33,000 bases of DNA. Origin: Dicyema japonicum. Lineage: Eukaryota; Animalia; Dicyemida. Shown here in pieces: positions 12,286-23,739 of the stretch (its first letter is position 1; every line of letters starts with the position of its first letter). The translations under genes and the position numbers were made by a program. The DNA lies in NCBI GenBank assembly GCA_011109175.1, contig RDEW01000009.1, positions 1,074,652 to 1,107,651 on the forward strand, given 5' to 3'. Under the pieces are notes generated by a model. It had not been told where the DNA came from and ran no database searches. It saw only the letters and a program-made list of their open reading frames with translations.

Positions 12286-12950
12286 CGAACGGAGTGCGAG
12301 GCTGCTGTCCATTCAGTGAGGACATTCATAAACCACAGTATATAAGATTCCCGGGGACATGTCCTGGTCAAACTGGACATCCAGAACGCTTTCAATAGTC
12401 TAAGGAGGGACAATTTCCTGGAGGCGTGTGTTGAGAGATGCCCCAATATTTTCGGATTTGTGAATCAGTCATACAGCCAACATTAATTTTTACTTTTCGG
12501 GGACTACCTGCTCCATTCGTATTCTGGAATACAACAGGGAGATCCCCTTGGACCCCTATTGTTTTGTCTTGCAATAGAGAAAATCACCAAACCTTTGTGC
12601 TCGCCCCTCAACCTATAGTACCTAAATGATGCGGTCCTCGGAGGACCCTCGGATACTGTTTTCCGAGATTTGGAAGTGATAATTTCAGCACTGTTGGAGG
12701 CTGGACTGGAATTAAATTACACTAAATGCGAAATCTACAATTTCGGACTTTCAGAAGAGAACTATTCAAAAGCTTTGTCATGTTTCATAAATTTACTGCG
12801 TGGAAGTATGTCCTGAGGACTGCTCCCTATTTCACCCTGTATGACCAACTCGCACAGATTAACGAGATCTTCCGTATGATAGCGGAACGTATCTTCAACG
12901 TCCGGGTCGAGGATTACTCATGGAAGAAGCCACGCTGCCAGTAAGATACA
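12286..12950 (+). mobile_element. CRE-like reverse transcriptase core, decayed
   Basis: CEAAVHSVR...KLDIQNAFNSLRR...GIQQGDPLGPLLFCL...*YLNDAVLGG...GLELNYTKCE...LRTAP...ATLPVR; in-frame stops. Confidence 0.9.
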
Positions 12951-13014
12951 TCAGAAACAGCGAGATACCACATATGACTTTTATAAATGAATCTTCAATT
13001 AGGGATTTTATGCC

Positions 13015-13205
13015 AACTCCATAAACAACTACGACTTCTGGGAATCTACTGTCCAAAGCGGATGACCAACGACGAGCTCTACAGAATTACTCAAACAACA
13101 CAGACTGGGAATAAAGTTACTTCGGGGAAGTGGCAGTTTTTTCACATATCCCAAGAGCTTCGGAAATGGCACCAGCCAATCAGGCCTTGGAATCATTCTT
13201 TTCCG
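13015..13205 (+). mobile_element. RTE-like LINE fragment
   Basis: HKQLRLLGIYCPKRMTNDELY...KW...APANQALESFF. Confidence 0.7.
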
Positions 13206-13292
13206 TATTAAGCAGAACAACGTACTGAATCCACCTTACTGAGGAAACGCCGAATTCCTGTCCGGGATATATTTAGTCAGAAATATAATATT

Positions 13293-13517
13293 TGACGGGG
13301 TAACTGTCTTCCACTTCTCTCGGCGAAATGCTTGATTTGGGATGGGGACTGCATCGACACCTTTTCTCAGTCGAGACTTCCTGGTTTCTCGTTGAAAGCT
13401 GGAGAGGCTGTCTGGACTATCGAGAATATCAAAATAAGAAAATACGACAGCCACTCCACCAGATTCCATTGCAGCCCGTCATCGTTGAGACGAGCGGAGT
13501 CTCCGGGCTTAAGAATG
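13293..13517 (+). mobile_element. CRE-like RLE fragment
   Basis: DGVTVF...KCLIWDGDCIDTFS...KIRKY...PVIVETSGV. Confidence 0.8.
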
Positions 13518-13519
13518 TC

Positions 13520-14110
13520 TTTTTTAAGATCGCTTTGCTCAATGATGTGGTCTTTGTTTTGTTGTATTTGGATAGCATAGTTATAATCGCGAACAATGTC
13601 TTTTATCAAATTGATATATCATCCAAAATTTCCTCGATGAGATCATTTTTTATTGATGATTAAATCTATTGACATTATTCCAAAAAATACCTTTCGATCT
13701 GTCACTATCCATGCAGCTCGTGGTCGTCCCGAAACGTGTGAAATGTTGTATTTTTTGCAAAGTTGCTCCATGTGCAAAAATTGGAGATCCAATTATGCAA
13801 AAATTCCATTCAGGATTCGGAAAATCTCATTTGCAGATTTGCTAAGGCACTTTCTACCACACCAAATTTTGAAAAAGCGTCAATTAAAACAAGAATCTGT
13901 TAATTATACTGCAAAATAATTACCCAGGAATAATTTTCATTTTGTGTTTAATATCGCCATAAATCGACAAGATCTACAATGTATCGGTCTCTATAATTAC
14001 TGGTTCGCAAGCATTCGTTTAGACTAAAATTGTTAGAATCAATAATTTGCCTAACAATAAACACATTTAGATACCACAGTAGCCACTCACTACGTCTTGC
14101 ACCATAAATG
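13520..14110 (-). mobile_element. Ginger2-like (retroviral-type rve) integrase/transposase remnant with a 27-nt intron
   Basis: RDRYIVDLVDL...YSW|ILVLIDAFSKF...SANEIFRILNGIF...LCKKYNISHVSGRPR...IVRDYN; contains stops and deletions. Confidence 0.75.
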
Positions 14111-14329
14111 GTAAAATAAACTATATAATTTATCACATCAAAGTGATTTAGATTATGTTAGCCTAATTTAAATCAACAAATATATAACTTCAATGTATTT
14201 TAGTTTTAATTCAGCCTCCCCAATAAAAGAATCACAACTCTGACCATTTTACTGATTCCTAAACTAAAACTTTGAGCATATCGTTTGATTTTTGATGCAA
14301 GATGTGTGTTAGAAACTATTATGACCAGG

Positions 14330-14997
14330 CAGAATATACGTAAAGCAGAATTACTTCGAAAATTAAAGAAGTTTTCACAGGATCATATAAATTTGATCAT
14401 CTCTAGGCAAGCAAAGGATTTCTTTGATGCTCTAAGTCGATGCATGTAAGCTCTATTCTCAGCAGTTGTTGGAGGAAATACTAAATCTTGATGATAATAA
14501 AATTACTAGAGAACTGATGTTCTTGTTCAGAGAAGGACTCATCACCCTCAGAGTTAGGATTTTGTAACATTTGCAGAAAGACCCTTCAGAATCCCCATTG
14601 GATGCTGGGAATTGTCTTTTTATGGTGAATTTAGAGTGTAGCACACGTGGCTGTATTCAGATATTGCGGGATTATCTAAAATCCTTCTAAGCGAGAGAAA
14701 ACGATTTATTGATCGCGTCAAGATTTCGAAGGATAAATATGATCTTGTTGTATCTCTGCAAACTCAGATGATCGTGGAAAACCCCTCTGAGGATCAATTT
14801 TTGGACTACATGCCTCCAGAGGACATGGACAGACTGGAAAGGGGGAGAAATACTAAATTAAAATTGTGATCAGTTTGTCGATCGCTTATGCAATCGACCG
14901 GATTAATCGATTCTAACATCAATAGTAGAGAAGGACTGGTATGGACATAGGGATCACTTAATTAGACGATAACTCTTGTCCTCTTTATCCTGGGTTA
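14330..14997 (+). pseudogene. POLR3C/RPC3-like C-terminal exons, degenerate
   Basis: QQLLEEILNL..RELMFLFREGLITLR|..LFMVN..EDQFLDYMPPEDMDRLERGRNTKLKL..DIGIT*LDD resembles the RPC62 C-terminus as I recall it; mini-introns present; in-frame TAA stops. Confidence 0.45.
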
Positions 14998-15254
14998 ATT
15001 AAATTATAATCAATAGTAGAACCCGAAAAACAGTTAAGAAAAGAAATCAAGTCTAAAACTAAATTTGATAAAACTGTATGGAACTGTTTGAATAACATTA
15101 AGGATTAAATTAGTATATCATTCAATATATCAAGTTTTTGGACACTTCAACGCAGCAAGACTCAAGAATCGAGCCTAAGCAATTACTTCGGCGTAAACAG
15201 TTGTCTACAAATGCTGGATGTAAACAGAAAAATTCTAAAACATTTCAAGAGAGA

Positions 15255-15565
15255 AAGAACCGGAAACTGATGAAAGGGGACGTCGCGCAGCTGTAAGAGT
15301 AGTGTCTTGTGACGAATCACTGTTGAAGCCGTGCGAGAAGTCTTGGAGTTACTGAGAAGGAAGCACCGTGCTCCACCACCGAACCAGCGGAACTTGACAA
15401 TGCCAGAAGACCTCCCGGCATTTACTCCCACGGAATTTGAAGTAGTGTGTGGAATAAAGTCTTTTGCTCCCAGTAGCTGCGGAGGTCTGGACGGACTGCG
15501 CCCAAGCCAGGTAAAGGACTTAACCTCCGAAGCTACTGCTGAAACCGGCCGTGCCTTGTTAACTT
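15255..15565 (+). mobile_element. CRE-like pre-RT fragment
   Basis: RKLMKGDV.AAVR...LRRKH...KSFAPSSCGGLDGLRP; homologous to 24215-24480. Confidence 0.85.
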
Positions 15566-15740
15566 TACAAAGAGAGTATCATCTTTGGATTCACATGTGT
15601 CTTTCTTCTTGCTCAGAAATGTATTTCCATGTCGAAGATGATGTACATTTTGAGATGTTCACCATGTTTTGAACACCTGAGAGCACTATTGTCGGCTAAT
15701 GGGACTCTGAGACGATCTGCGGAGTCAATACTGAATGTCA

Positions 15741-15926
<186 letters not shown>

Positions 15927-15948
15927 CTAAATTAAATATTTTTTCGCT

Positions 15949-15964
15949 CACGTGAAGCCAATCA
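15949..15964. promoter_or_regulatory. E-box plus CCAAT box upstream of the CDKL exon
   Basis: CACGTG at 15949-54 and AGCCAATCA at 15956-64, 25-40 bp 5' of the ATG and next to an AT-rich tract. Confidence 0.35.
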
Positions 15965-16470
15965 GGAAAAAGATATCAAACCCAATTATTGATAAAATTT
16001 ATGATTATTTCTTGACAGTAAATTTTATTTTTTTGAATTTTCAAAATATTTAATTTATTTTATTAAAATTAAAATTTATTAAAACTAAAACTAAAGTAAA
16101 TAGTCAACTCATTCTTATCTCTCTCTCGCCTACGAGTCAGTTACCTCTCCTCTCTGTACTTGGAACTGTCATGCCAGTTCCACGAGTGGTTAAAAGCAGA
16201 GATAAACTCTTTATCAGACATCTCCATTGAACTCTCCCAAATCGGTCGAAGGCAGAGATCGGTTCTTCTTCTTACATCTTTGTTTAAGTCACCACGTTTT
16301 CGAAAGTTTTCTTCGAAGCTACTGATATAATGAAAGACCCCGTTCTCCCTTCAATGAGTGGCCTATCCGCATAATTCATGACCTACTTAGAGACAGCCAC
16401 TGAAAATAGTAGAAATCTTTATTAAAATTATTAATAAATGTTAATAATTTGCAAATTTGTCAAATAAGGA

Positions 16471-16734
16471 TTAATGTCGTAGGTTAAATAATCTTTCACA
16501 AAATTCATAACGTTGCCGAAGCATCTCGTCTTTTTGCTCGTAAAACTCTTGTTCTGTCATTCTGAAGTAAATAAACTGAACGAACCCTTGTATCGAAAAT
16601 GGACGTGGCGATCTAAATGTTAGTAGTCTAATGTTACTCTAAAGAATCATTATCTTGAAAGTTCGAAATCTGCACAAGAATCAAATAAATAATACCGATG
16701 AAACTTCATTAGAAATCCCAGTCCTCTTTACCAT
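16471..16734 (-). CDS. Orphan small protein (~62 aa, 3-4 exons)
   Basis: Exons 16734-16696, 16669-16638, 16612-16586 and 16561-16471 are in frame (189 nt); GT-AG introns of 26, 25 (with TACTAAC) and 24 nt; upstream TATAAAA. Confidence 0.55.
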
Positions 16735-16770
16735 TTTTAAAAAAAATTAACGCATTATTCGATTCTCAGG

Positions 16771-16780
16771 CCTTTTATAC
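16771..16780 (-). promoter_or_regulatory. TATA box
   Basis: GTATAAAAGG flanked by GC-rich sequence, ~40 bp upstream of the ATG at 16734. Confidence 0.5.
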
Positions 16781-16929
16781 GCCAGTCCGCTGCGCAGTTA
16801 TTAATCAAGCGGATAATTGTAAGTTTTAGATTCCATTTTAGTGAATCCGTGAAACCGAAATATGGATAAACTGGATTGAAAATGTCACCATTTTGTCCCT
16901 TAATGGAGTACTTTTAAGCGATGAATTGT

Positions 16930-17160
16930 ATGCCCCCGCCGACTTAATCGATGCGATGTTACCTCTCATGAAACCTATCGAGGTCAACAGGGGGACTCTA
17001 AGCTTCTGAGTGTGCCCAAACTTCTCAAAGTTTAGAGGAAGGACAAGACTCCTACTTACTGTCACAAGAGCAGTCCTATAAGGCGACGAGAAGCCGTCGG
17101 TATTTATTCTCAATAGCCTTTTCCACCTTTCCTGCAGCGGATATTGCCTCCATTGCGATC
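16930..17160 (-). mobile_element. Highly degenerate CRE-like RLE tail
   Basis: AISAAGKVEKAIENKYRRL...MRGNIASIKSAG. Confidence 0.45.
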
Positions 17161-17434
17161 AATTGTGTATATTTTACAAAAGACGACTCAAATGAGAATG
17201 CCTGGCTATGTCAATAGTAGAAACCCCTTATTTTATCAATCAATCTTAAATGAATTATTGAGCCATAATTTGTCTTAATGTATATTTCTGAAGGAATACA
17301 CTCCATTATATTAAAATGTGTTCATTTGATTTGAAATTTGTCGACTAAAGCTGTGGATTACGGATTTACTGGAACATTCATGTAAGCAGCATTTGAATGT
17401 TATTCAATTTTATTATTACGATCACAGCTTGTTG

Positions 17435-17580
17435 GGGAGATTCTGGGGCGTCTAGATACAACGCTACCTGAAATTCTTGTGAGGACCTAAGGCTGGTGAA
17501 GGAAGCAAGGAGGGATGGCAAAGACCTTAATGATCTAAGGAGATTGAAGACTGAGCTGCCATGAGTGACTTGAAGGTCAC
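17435..17580 (+). mobile_element. RTE-like LINE 3' tail
   Basis: GRLDTTLPEILVR.DL...DLNDLRRLK. Confidence 0.45.
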
Positions 17581-18089
17581 ATGCAATATCAACGAAAGTA
17601 AAAGATCCTTGGGAGTGATCCGACTCAGAGGCGTCAATTTTAAAGAAGGGGAGAAAAGGATGAATACTTTCTAACTAATTTCTGTGAAGACGTCTCAAAT
17701 GTTTATCCCAACACTAGAATCCGCCGAACGACATAATGAGGGGTAGCTTTAATCAGCTCTGACTCAATCACCCATTAACAGTATTTTTTATGCGGAAATG
17801 AATTGTAATTTCCAAAAGAATTTGTGGCCTTGTGGAAAATATTATCTCCATTTTGATTACTCGTGGAAGATAAGGCATAACTAGAATGAAATAATATTTA
17901 AATTTTGTAGAGTTATTCATATAATCATATTAACTATCATCTACACGTGGAGGTCCTTGCTTGAGATGGAAGACAAGGGAGTGTTCTCCACGTGGGAAAC
18001 GTAACTACCGGTAATTGCAGTGTTGAACGCTTTGTGAAAGCAAACAGATCACTTTCGGGTACGAATTCAAGTCGTCATAGAAAATTCCA

Positions 18090-18173
18090 CCAATACCAAG
18101 GTGGTCGCCAAAGTATAATCCACGTGGGTATATCTCCAATACCATGGTGGTCGCCTAAGTATAATCCACGTGG
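18090..18173 (+). repeat. 46-bp-period direct repeat ending in CCACGTGG
   Basis: ccaatacca(a/t)ggtggtcgcc(a/t)aagtataatccacgtgg at 18090 and 18136. Confidence 0.9.
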
Positions 18174-18702
18174 AATTTTTATTCGGTTAAGAATAATTTG
18201 AAAATTTAATAGTAAATATTTAATTTTTTAAAAGCATTATTTAGTATTAACTAACTGCTGGGGCCGAAAATTCCATATTGCTACCAATAGTTGTTCGAAT
18301 ACTGTGTTCTTATGTCTCTGTCCAGCCAACTGTCACATTTCCGTTATCATTTTTGTTAGAATTTCCATCGTTCGATCCGAAATTTCCAACATTCTTTATT
18401 TTTCCTGCAAATTCTCAAAACACATTGCTGGTGAATAATCGTCCAGAATGATTTTTCGCTTGAAAATATACTTTCGTCCATTTCTACGATCATTCCTTCA
18501 CCACCTATCGTTTATTAAACATAAAATACACTTTTACAATATTTTTCAAAAAATCCCCTTTCTTTGGATATCTTTATTATTTTGTGGTAGTTTAAAGAGA
18601 TTAAGTTGTTTCCGCTTGAACAGTAATCACAACGTGAATATTTGTAGATAAAAAATTCAAAAAAATAATAAATAAATAAAATTAATCGTAGGAATTTCTA
18701 CC
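18172..18702 (-). mobile_element. Merlin (IS1016/ISXO2-like) transposon remnant
   Basis: IGGEGMIVEMDESIF.KRK..SGR...EISDRTMEILTKMI...VFEQLLVAI; segment bounded by CCACGTGG on both sides; boundaries inferred. Confidence 0.75.
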
Positions 18703-18742
18703 ACGTGGTTAATGGTCTCATTAAAGGAAGGAAAATATTATA

Positions 18743-19290
18743 CAGTAAACACCCATGAATCCGATTTTTTGATGAGTCAGCAAAATTTTTAGAAATTCCA
18801 TACAAACAAAGCTAAAAGAAGTTGAAACTGACGTATTGCTAAACATGGATGAAACTGGACTTTTTTATCCTTCCTACTATAAAAATTCATATAAAAAAGG
18901 TATAAAGCAATCAAAAGTAAGGACCACCATAGCTTTTTGTACCAATGCAGCTGGAACAGTAAAAATTAATTTTTGTTATTGGGCAGGGTTGTTAAAATCA
19001 TGATTTTTATGAAAAAATCGAAAAAATCCTTTTTTATACTGAAAAAAAGTAAAATAAAAAAAAACAATGGAAATGTATTTATTTAAAAAGCTTGTAAACA
19101 AAGACAAATTTGGCAGCTTTTTCAATTCCAGGTTCATAATGAATGTTACTCCTACGTTCTAACAAATTTTTTTAAATTGAACTTTTATTCCTTCCAAATA
19201 CAAACTGCTCATCTTCAGCCAAATGATTAGGCATAATCAAGAACTTTAAGCATCATCATAGAAAAAAGGCTTATTTTGGATTATGTTTTG
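18743..19290 (+). mobile_element. pogo/Tigger fragment with left TIR
   Basis: TA+CAGTAAACACCCATGAATCCG; LNMDETGLFY...KQSKVRTTIAFCTNAAGT...FLP.NT.AHLQPND.GIIKNFK. Confidence 0.85.
18984..19075 (+). mobile_element. Possible hAT/MITE end interrupting the pogo fragment
   Basis: The transposase frame breaks at CAGGGTTG..., followed by repeated aaaatc motifs. Confidence 0.35.
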
Positions 19291-19474
19291 ATTTGGAAAA
19301 AAAGTTTTGTTTGTGAATTTATGGTATTTCGCGTGATGTAAAAAACACAATAAAAATAGTATCAAAAAGAATGGGACAATTGAATGTCTTCGACTCGAAA
19401 AGGACGCAAAAAGACGCACATTTTAATAGCCATTGGCACAATATTAATTTTGGTGGCCTCAAGCATGTGATCAT

Positions 19475-19635
19475 TAGGGCGATTTTTGTCAATAAAGTCA
19501 AAAATTGATATGCTTTTTAAAATTGTTTAAAAATTATTAAAATGTAGTTTTTAGTCAAAAATGTTATATTAATCAAAAGTTATAAAGTCAATAAAAGTCA
19601 AAATTTTAGGTAATGTTAAAAAGGTCAAAATTTAA
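19475..19635 (+). mobile_element. Possible hAT-like end with subterminal repeats
   Basis: Starts with TAGGGC, then repeated (t)aaagtcaa motifs. Confidence 0.3.
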
Positions 19636-19939
19636 TTTTTTTAGTTCAATAAACAAAATTTTAAGATTTTTATTTTTATTTTTTTTCGAGTTTTTAAATA
19701 AAAATAAAATTAGCGTGATCAATTATCATCATTCACTATGTTTCCGCGTTCACTCAATAATGACATTGAAAAGATTTACTCTGTTTTGTGCTTTAAACTA
19801 ACTATTTGTAACTGCAAAAATCGTCTAAGTAGCATACCAAATTAGCAGGTTTAGTATTTTTATTACTATTTTATAGGTGTCAATATTATAAAACACATTG
19901 ATTTTTCTTCCCACTGCCGACAAATAGGATGATAATTCA

Positions 19940-20120
19940 CTAAGGCTTTTGTCGAATCCGATATTCCCTTGCATAAGTTAGACAGTAAAGCTTACGAGAC
20001 TTGTTGAGAGTATCGGACATAATCGTCCTTTTACTTACGCTTGCCGAAAAAGTGTAGAAAACTATGCTAGAAGCAGCTTTACAGGTTTTATTTTCATTCA
20101 TTATAAATCTGAAAATTTTT
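19940..20120 (-). mobile_element. Possible Tc1-like transposase remnant
   Basis: SVSKRTI...LNKSRKLYCLTYAREY resembles the Tc1 HTH/linker region. Confidence 0.3.
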
Positions 20121-21273
20121 TTGATCGATGAAACTGATATCCGAGGACAGAAATATGTCAATCACTATTGGAAAAATTTCTGATCAAAAAATATTTTTAA
20201 TATCTTGTCGTTATTGTCTTCTGCGGCTAACTCTTCGATTACCTGTCAGATAATTGACGATGTTCTAAGGAATATTGCGAGACGCGGTAGAACACATTCC
20301 ATATTCCTTTTCGGACGATTTATGTGGAATCAGGAAGTACTGGAATCGAGATTATCTGTCAATCAAGTACTTTTTATTACAAAAATGGAAAAACAACATA
20401 TTTCTCAATATGTATACAACTATCTGAATAAAGTGTCCTTCCAAATAATTATTTGTTGAGAAAAATTTTTTTTATTGGAAAAATTTTCTCCACGAGCAGA
20501 TGACACACATGAAAACCTCCGTCTTTTACGTTTTTGTTAGCCTTGGTGTCCTTCATTTAGGAAACCAGAAGTAAATAAATAACTTGGTGGTCAAATTAAT
20601 CAATAGAGAATCACTATGATTTCATTTATTTGGACAATGAAGAAAAAACTGATTATAAAATTAAGATAATTGGGAACTTACTAAAAAATCCTAAGGAGGT
20701 GTCCAGGACATTCATGCGGTAGCTTTGGGGAGCTAGAAGCAATTGGCGGATATCTTAGCGGAGGTAAAACATGTGTAAAGGATGTTTCTGCTTTTCGCAG
20801 TAAAGCTATAAAACATAATTCAGAATTATTAGTGTCGGTAATAAACACCCCAAAATATAATACCCACGTTCAAATTCCTCCACAGAGGGCTCGCCATGAA
20901 TGAGTCAGAAGACTTCAAGGAGAAACTTCAGAACTAAAGAAGCTCAAAAATATGCCAACGCTACAGATTCGATGAAAAAATTAGACAAAGTACCGAACTA
21001 AGTGACTCCAGACTGACACGTGCTGGTCCTATCAGACGTCACGAGACTCTCCAAAAAAGACATCTGGTTATGTCATATCTATGACGGTTTTTCAGAGCTG
21101 CCCACCTCACCATCTTCCGTGGTCATCCAATCAAAACTACTAGAGAGCTGATAAGTAGTTAGCCAGACTCCTTATCGTGTACCACAATGTTTTTTATTAA
21201 ATTATATAATATTAATAAAGATAATATTTATAATTAAATAATTTTAATTTATGTTCAGTAGTCCTTGTGGGTC

Positions 21274-22762
21274 ATGAAATATCTCATTCTTGACAATGGA
21301 AGCGCCTCAACGAAGGTGGGATATTCCACAATGGACAACCCACTGTTATTTTTGTTATAAGAATTTTAGAATAGTTCAAAACTCCATCGTTAAGTCAAAA
21401 ATAATCCGAAATAGACTTTTTATTGGCGACGAGGTAAAAAATATCCCCAACCCCACCAGTCTTTACTTTATGACCCCATTTAAAGGTACTCTGAAGAACT
21501 CACATTTAAGGGATTCGTAACAAATTGGGAGACACAGAAACAGATTTGGGACTATATTTTTGATAAACCTGAACTTAAGGTGAACTTATGAACACTTTAA
21601 CATGAAATTGAATATTTTGTTTATTTTAAGGTCGATTTGGGGATACCTCAATATTGGTGATCGAACCTTACTTTAACTTCGTGCACTGCCAGGACTCTAT
21701 GAGTGAGCTTCTTTTTGAGCAGTACGGCTTCTTGGCTATTCTCAAAACCAACGGTAAGTGTGATTCTGACAAAAGCTGCTTGCATGAGTTCTCACTACTA
21801 TAGCAACGAGAATACTGGAAATACACAGGTTCTCTAGTCGTTGACAGTGGATATTCCTTCACCCACGTGGCCCCGTTTATCGACCTCAGACAGTACAAGG
21901 AAGCCACACTAAGGTACAAATTTAAATAATTTAAATTAATTTTAATGTTTTTTAAATTAATTTTTTAATTTTCAGGATTGATGTTGGGGAAAGATTCTGA
22001 CGAATTATTTGAAGGAGGTCATTTCTTACCGACAGCTTATGGTGATGGAGACGGTCTTGATGAATGAATGCAAGGAAGATTGCTGCTATGTTTCTCTCGA
22101 TTTTGAAGGAGACATGCAGATTACTAAGTAATTACAGCACTGAATGTAGTCAGGGAATGGGGACAAACAGTATTGTTAGGGATTATGTACTGCCTGATTA
22201 TACTGAGAGTTATCGAGCCCAAGTGAGCGTCCCCACTAAGAACTTGTCTGAACTGAGGTACTCTGATAAACAAGTGAACTCACATTCATACTTTAGGTGA
22301 TTCGGATGAATAACGAACGCTTCTTCATCCCAGAAATACTCTTTCAACCCTCAATCGCTGGTATCAATCAAATTGGCGTCGCTGAGGCCATTTTTGAGAG
22401 TATCAACAGATGTCCTCCTGGTTCCCCTTCTTACTCACCCCAGAATTCCATGAAGAACTCTATAGAAATGTCGTTCTGACTGGCGGAGGCGCTAAATTTA
22501 CTAATTTCGCTGAGAGAGTGTAAATTTTGAAGTTACCATGTCGTAGATATAAGGATCTCCGTTTCAAAGGTTTCAATGATTTATGATCTTGTTGTGACGT
22601 TGGCGACGACTGAGTTACCTTGTTAATTTTAGTCTGATTTCATATGCCTGGCATGGGGGAACTGTAATTAGTGAGGATCCTGATATTTCCGAGATTTCGG
22701 TGAACAAATCCCAATATGAGGAGTTTGGGCCCCAATTGTGTCATGATTATTTTTCTGTCTGA
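21274..22762 (+). CDS. ACTR6: Actin-related protein 6 (SWR1/SRCAP subunit), 11 exons
   Basis: [89 protein letters not shown]. Introns: 21345-69, 21486-510, 21580-630, 21754-75, 21914-75, 22128-49, 22274-96, 22421-43, 22520-46, 22614-32. About 5 small frameshifts. Confidence 0.95.
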
Positions 22763-23149
22763 GTAACCTTTATGAGGGTTTTGTCTGTGTTTTCTGGTAG
22801 GCAATGTTGATTATAGGGACTAGCTTCGATTCGTCTACGGTAGATGGGAATGGCCACGTGAGTCACTTCTCAAATGAGGGGGGAGTAATCTTTGAAGACC
22901 TATTGGCTCGTTCTTGCGGTATAAGTAGGTGTCGCTATCCGCTTGGGCCAAGAACTAAAAGGTCACAACAAAGTTTGGAGGAAGAGACATTTGTCAGGCA
23001 GGAAGCAGTATTACTTTTAAGATCTATTCGATTGCGGGAATTTAGATTATCTAACTTTCTGACGTTTTTCTATCTTCTTTCTTGGTGATCTCGGGGTTCT
23101 AAATAAATAAAGATATCTTTGTAAAACTACAAAAATTCTCATTGACGTG

Positions 23150-23410
23150 GGTTTTATTTAAGAGGTTAGTTTATGATGGTGCTCCCAATGTGGTTGGACA
23201 ACATGCTGGTGTTGCTACCAAATACGAGCTGAAAAAGACAAAAATCATTGATTGTTTTGGTTCGAAATATGTAAAACAGCTTTTTTTATTTATGAAATTA
23301 AAAAAACTGCTTAAAAACTTCTCTCTAATAAAAAATTTATCCACTTTAATAAATGTTTGGAACGACAAAAATAGCTGAGCCCGTCATATCAAAAATTGTT
23401 TCCAAAAGGA
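23150..23410 (+). mobile_element. Small hAT-like and pogo-like transposase scraps
   Basis: YDGAPNVVGQHAGVAT (hAT-like); LINVWND...IKNCFQK (pogo C-terminus-like). Confidence 0.45.
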
Positions 23411-23739
23411 TGTAAATCCTCTGGAAGTAACAAATTAAAAGGTGATGATTAAATAATAAGTTTCTTTTTTCTTTGTTTTCATTTTAATAAATGAATGTTT
23501 CTTAAAAATTAATACAGTTATTTTTCAGTTTAATGATTTTTCTTCACTGTTTTAATGCGTTCATTAAAACAATAATGAATAAATTTATCAAATTGTTAAA
23601 ATCAATTTAATAATATTTTTAAGAAAAATCAAGATTCTATATTTAATTTAATCATAAAATCAGTTATCAACGATTTTCTATGTTACTACCACATAGGTTA
23701 TGAAAAACTATCCAAGAAAATTGCTTGATTACTTCCCTC

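Noticed and set aside
17944-18173. CRISPR-like repeat/spacer array
   Set aside because: Eukaryotic context, a shared core of only 8 bp, irregular spacing and no cas genes
21485-21511. Non-canonical (GG-AG) intron to rescue the ARP6 frame
   Set aside because: A canonical 25-nt GT-AG intron plus an A-run indel is simpler and matches the other indels in the gene
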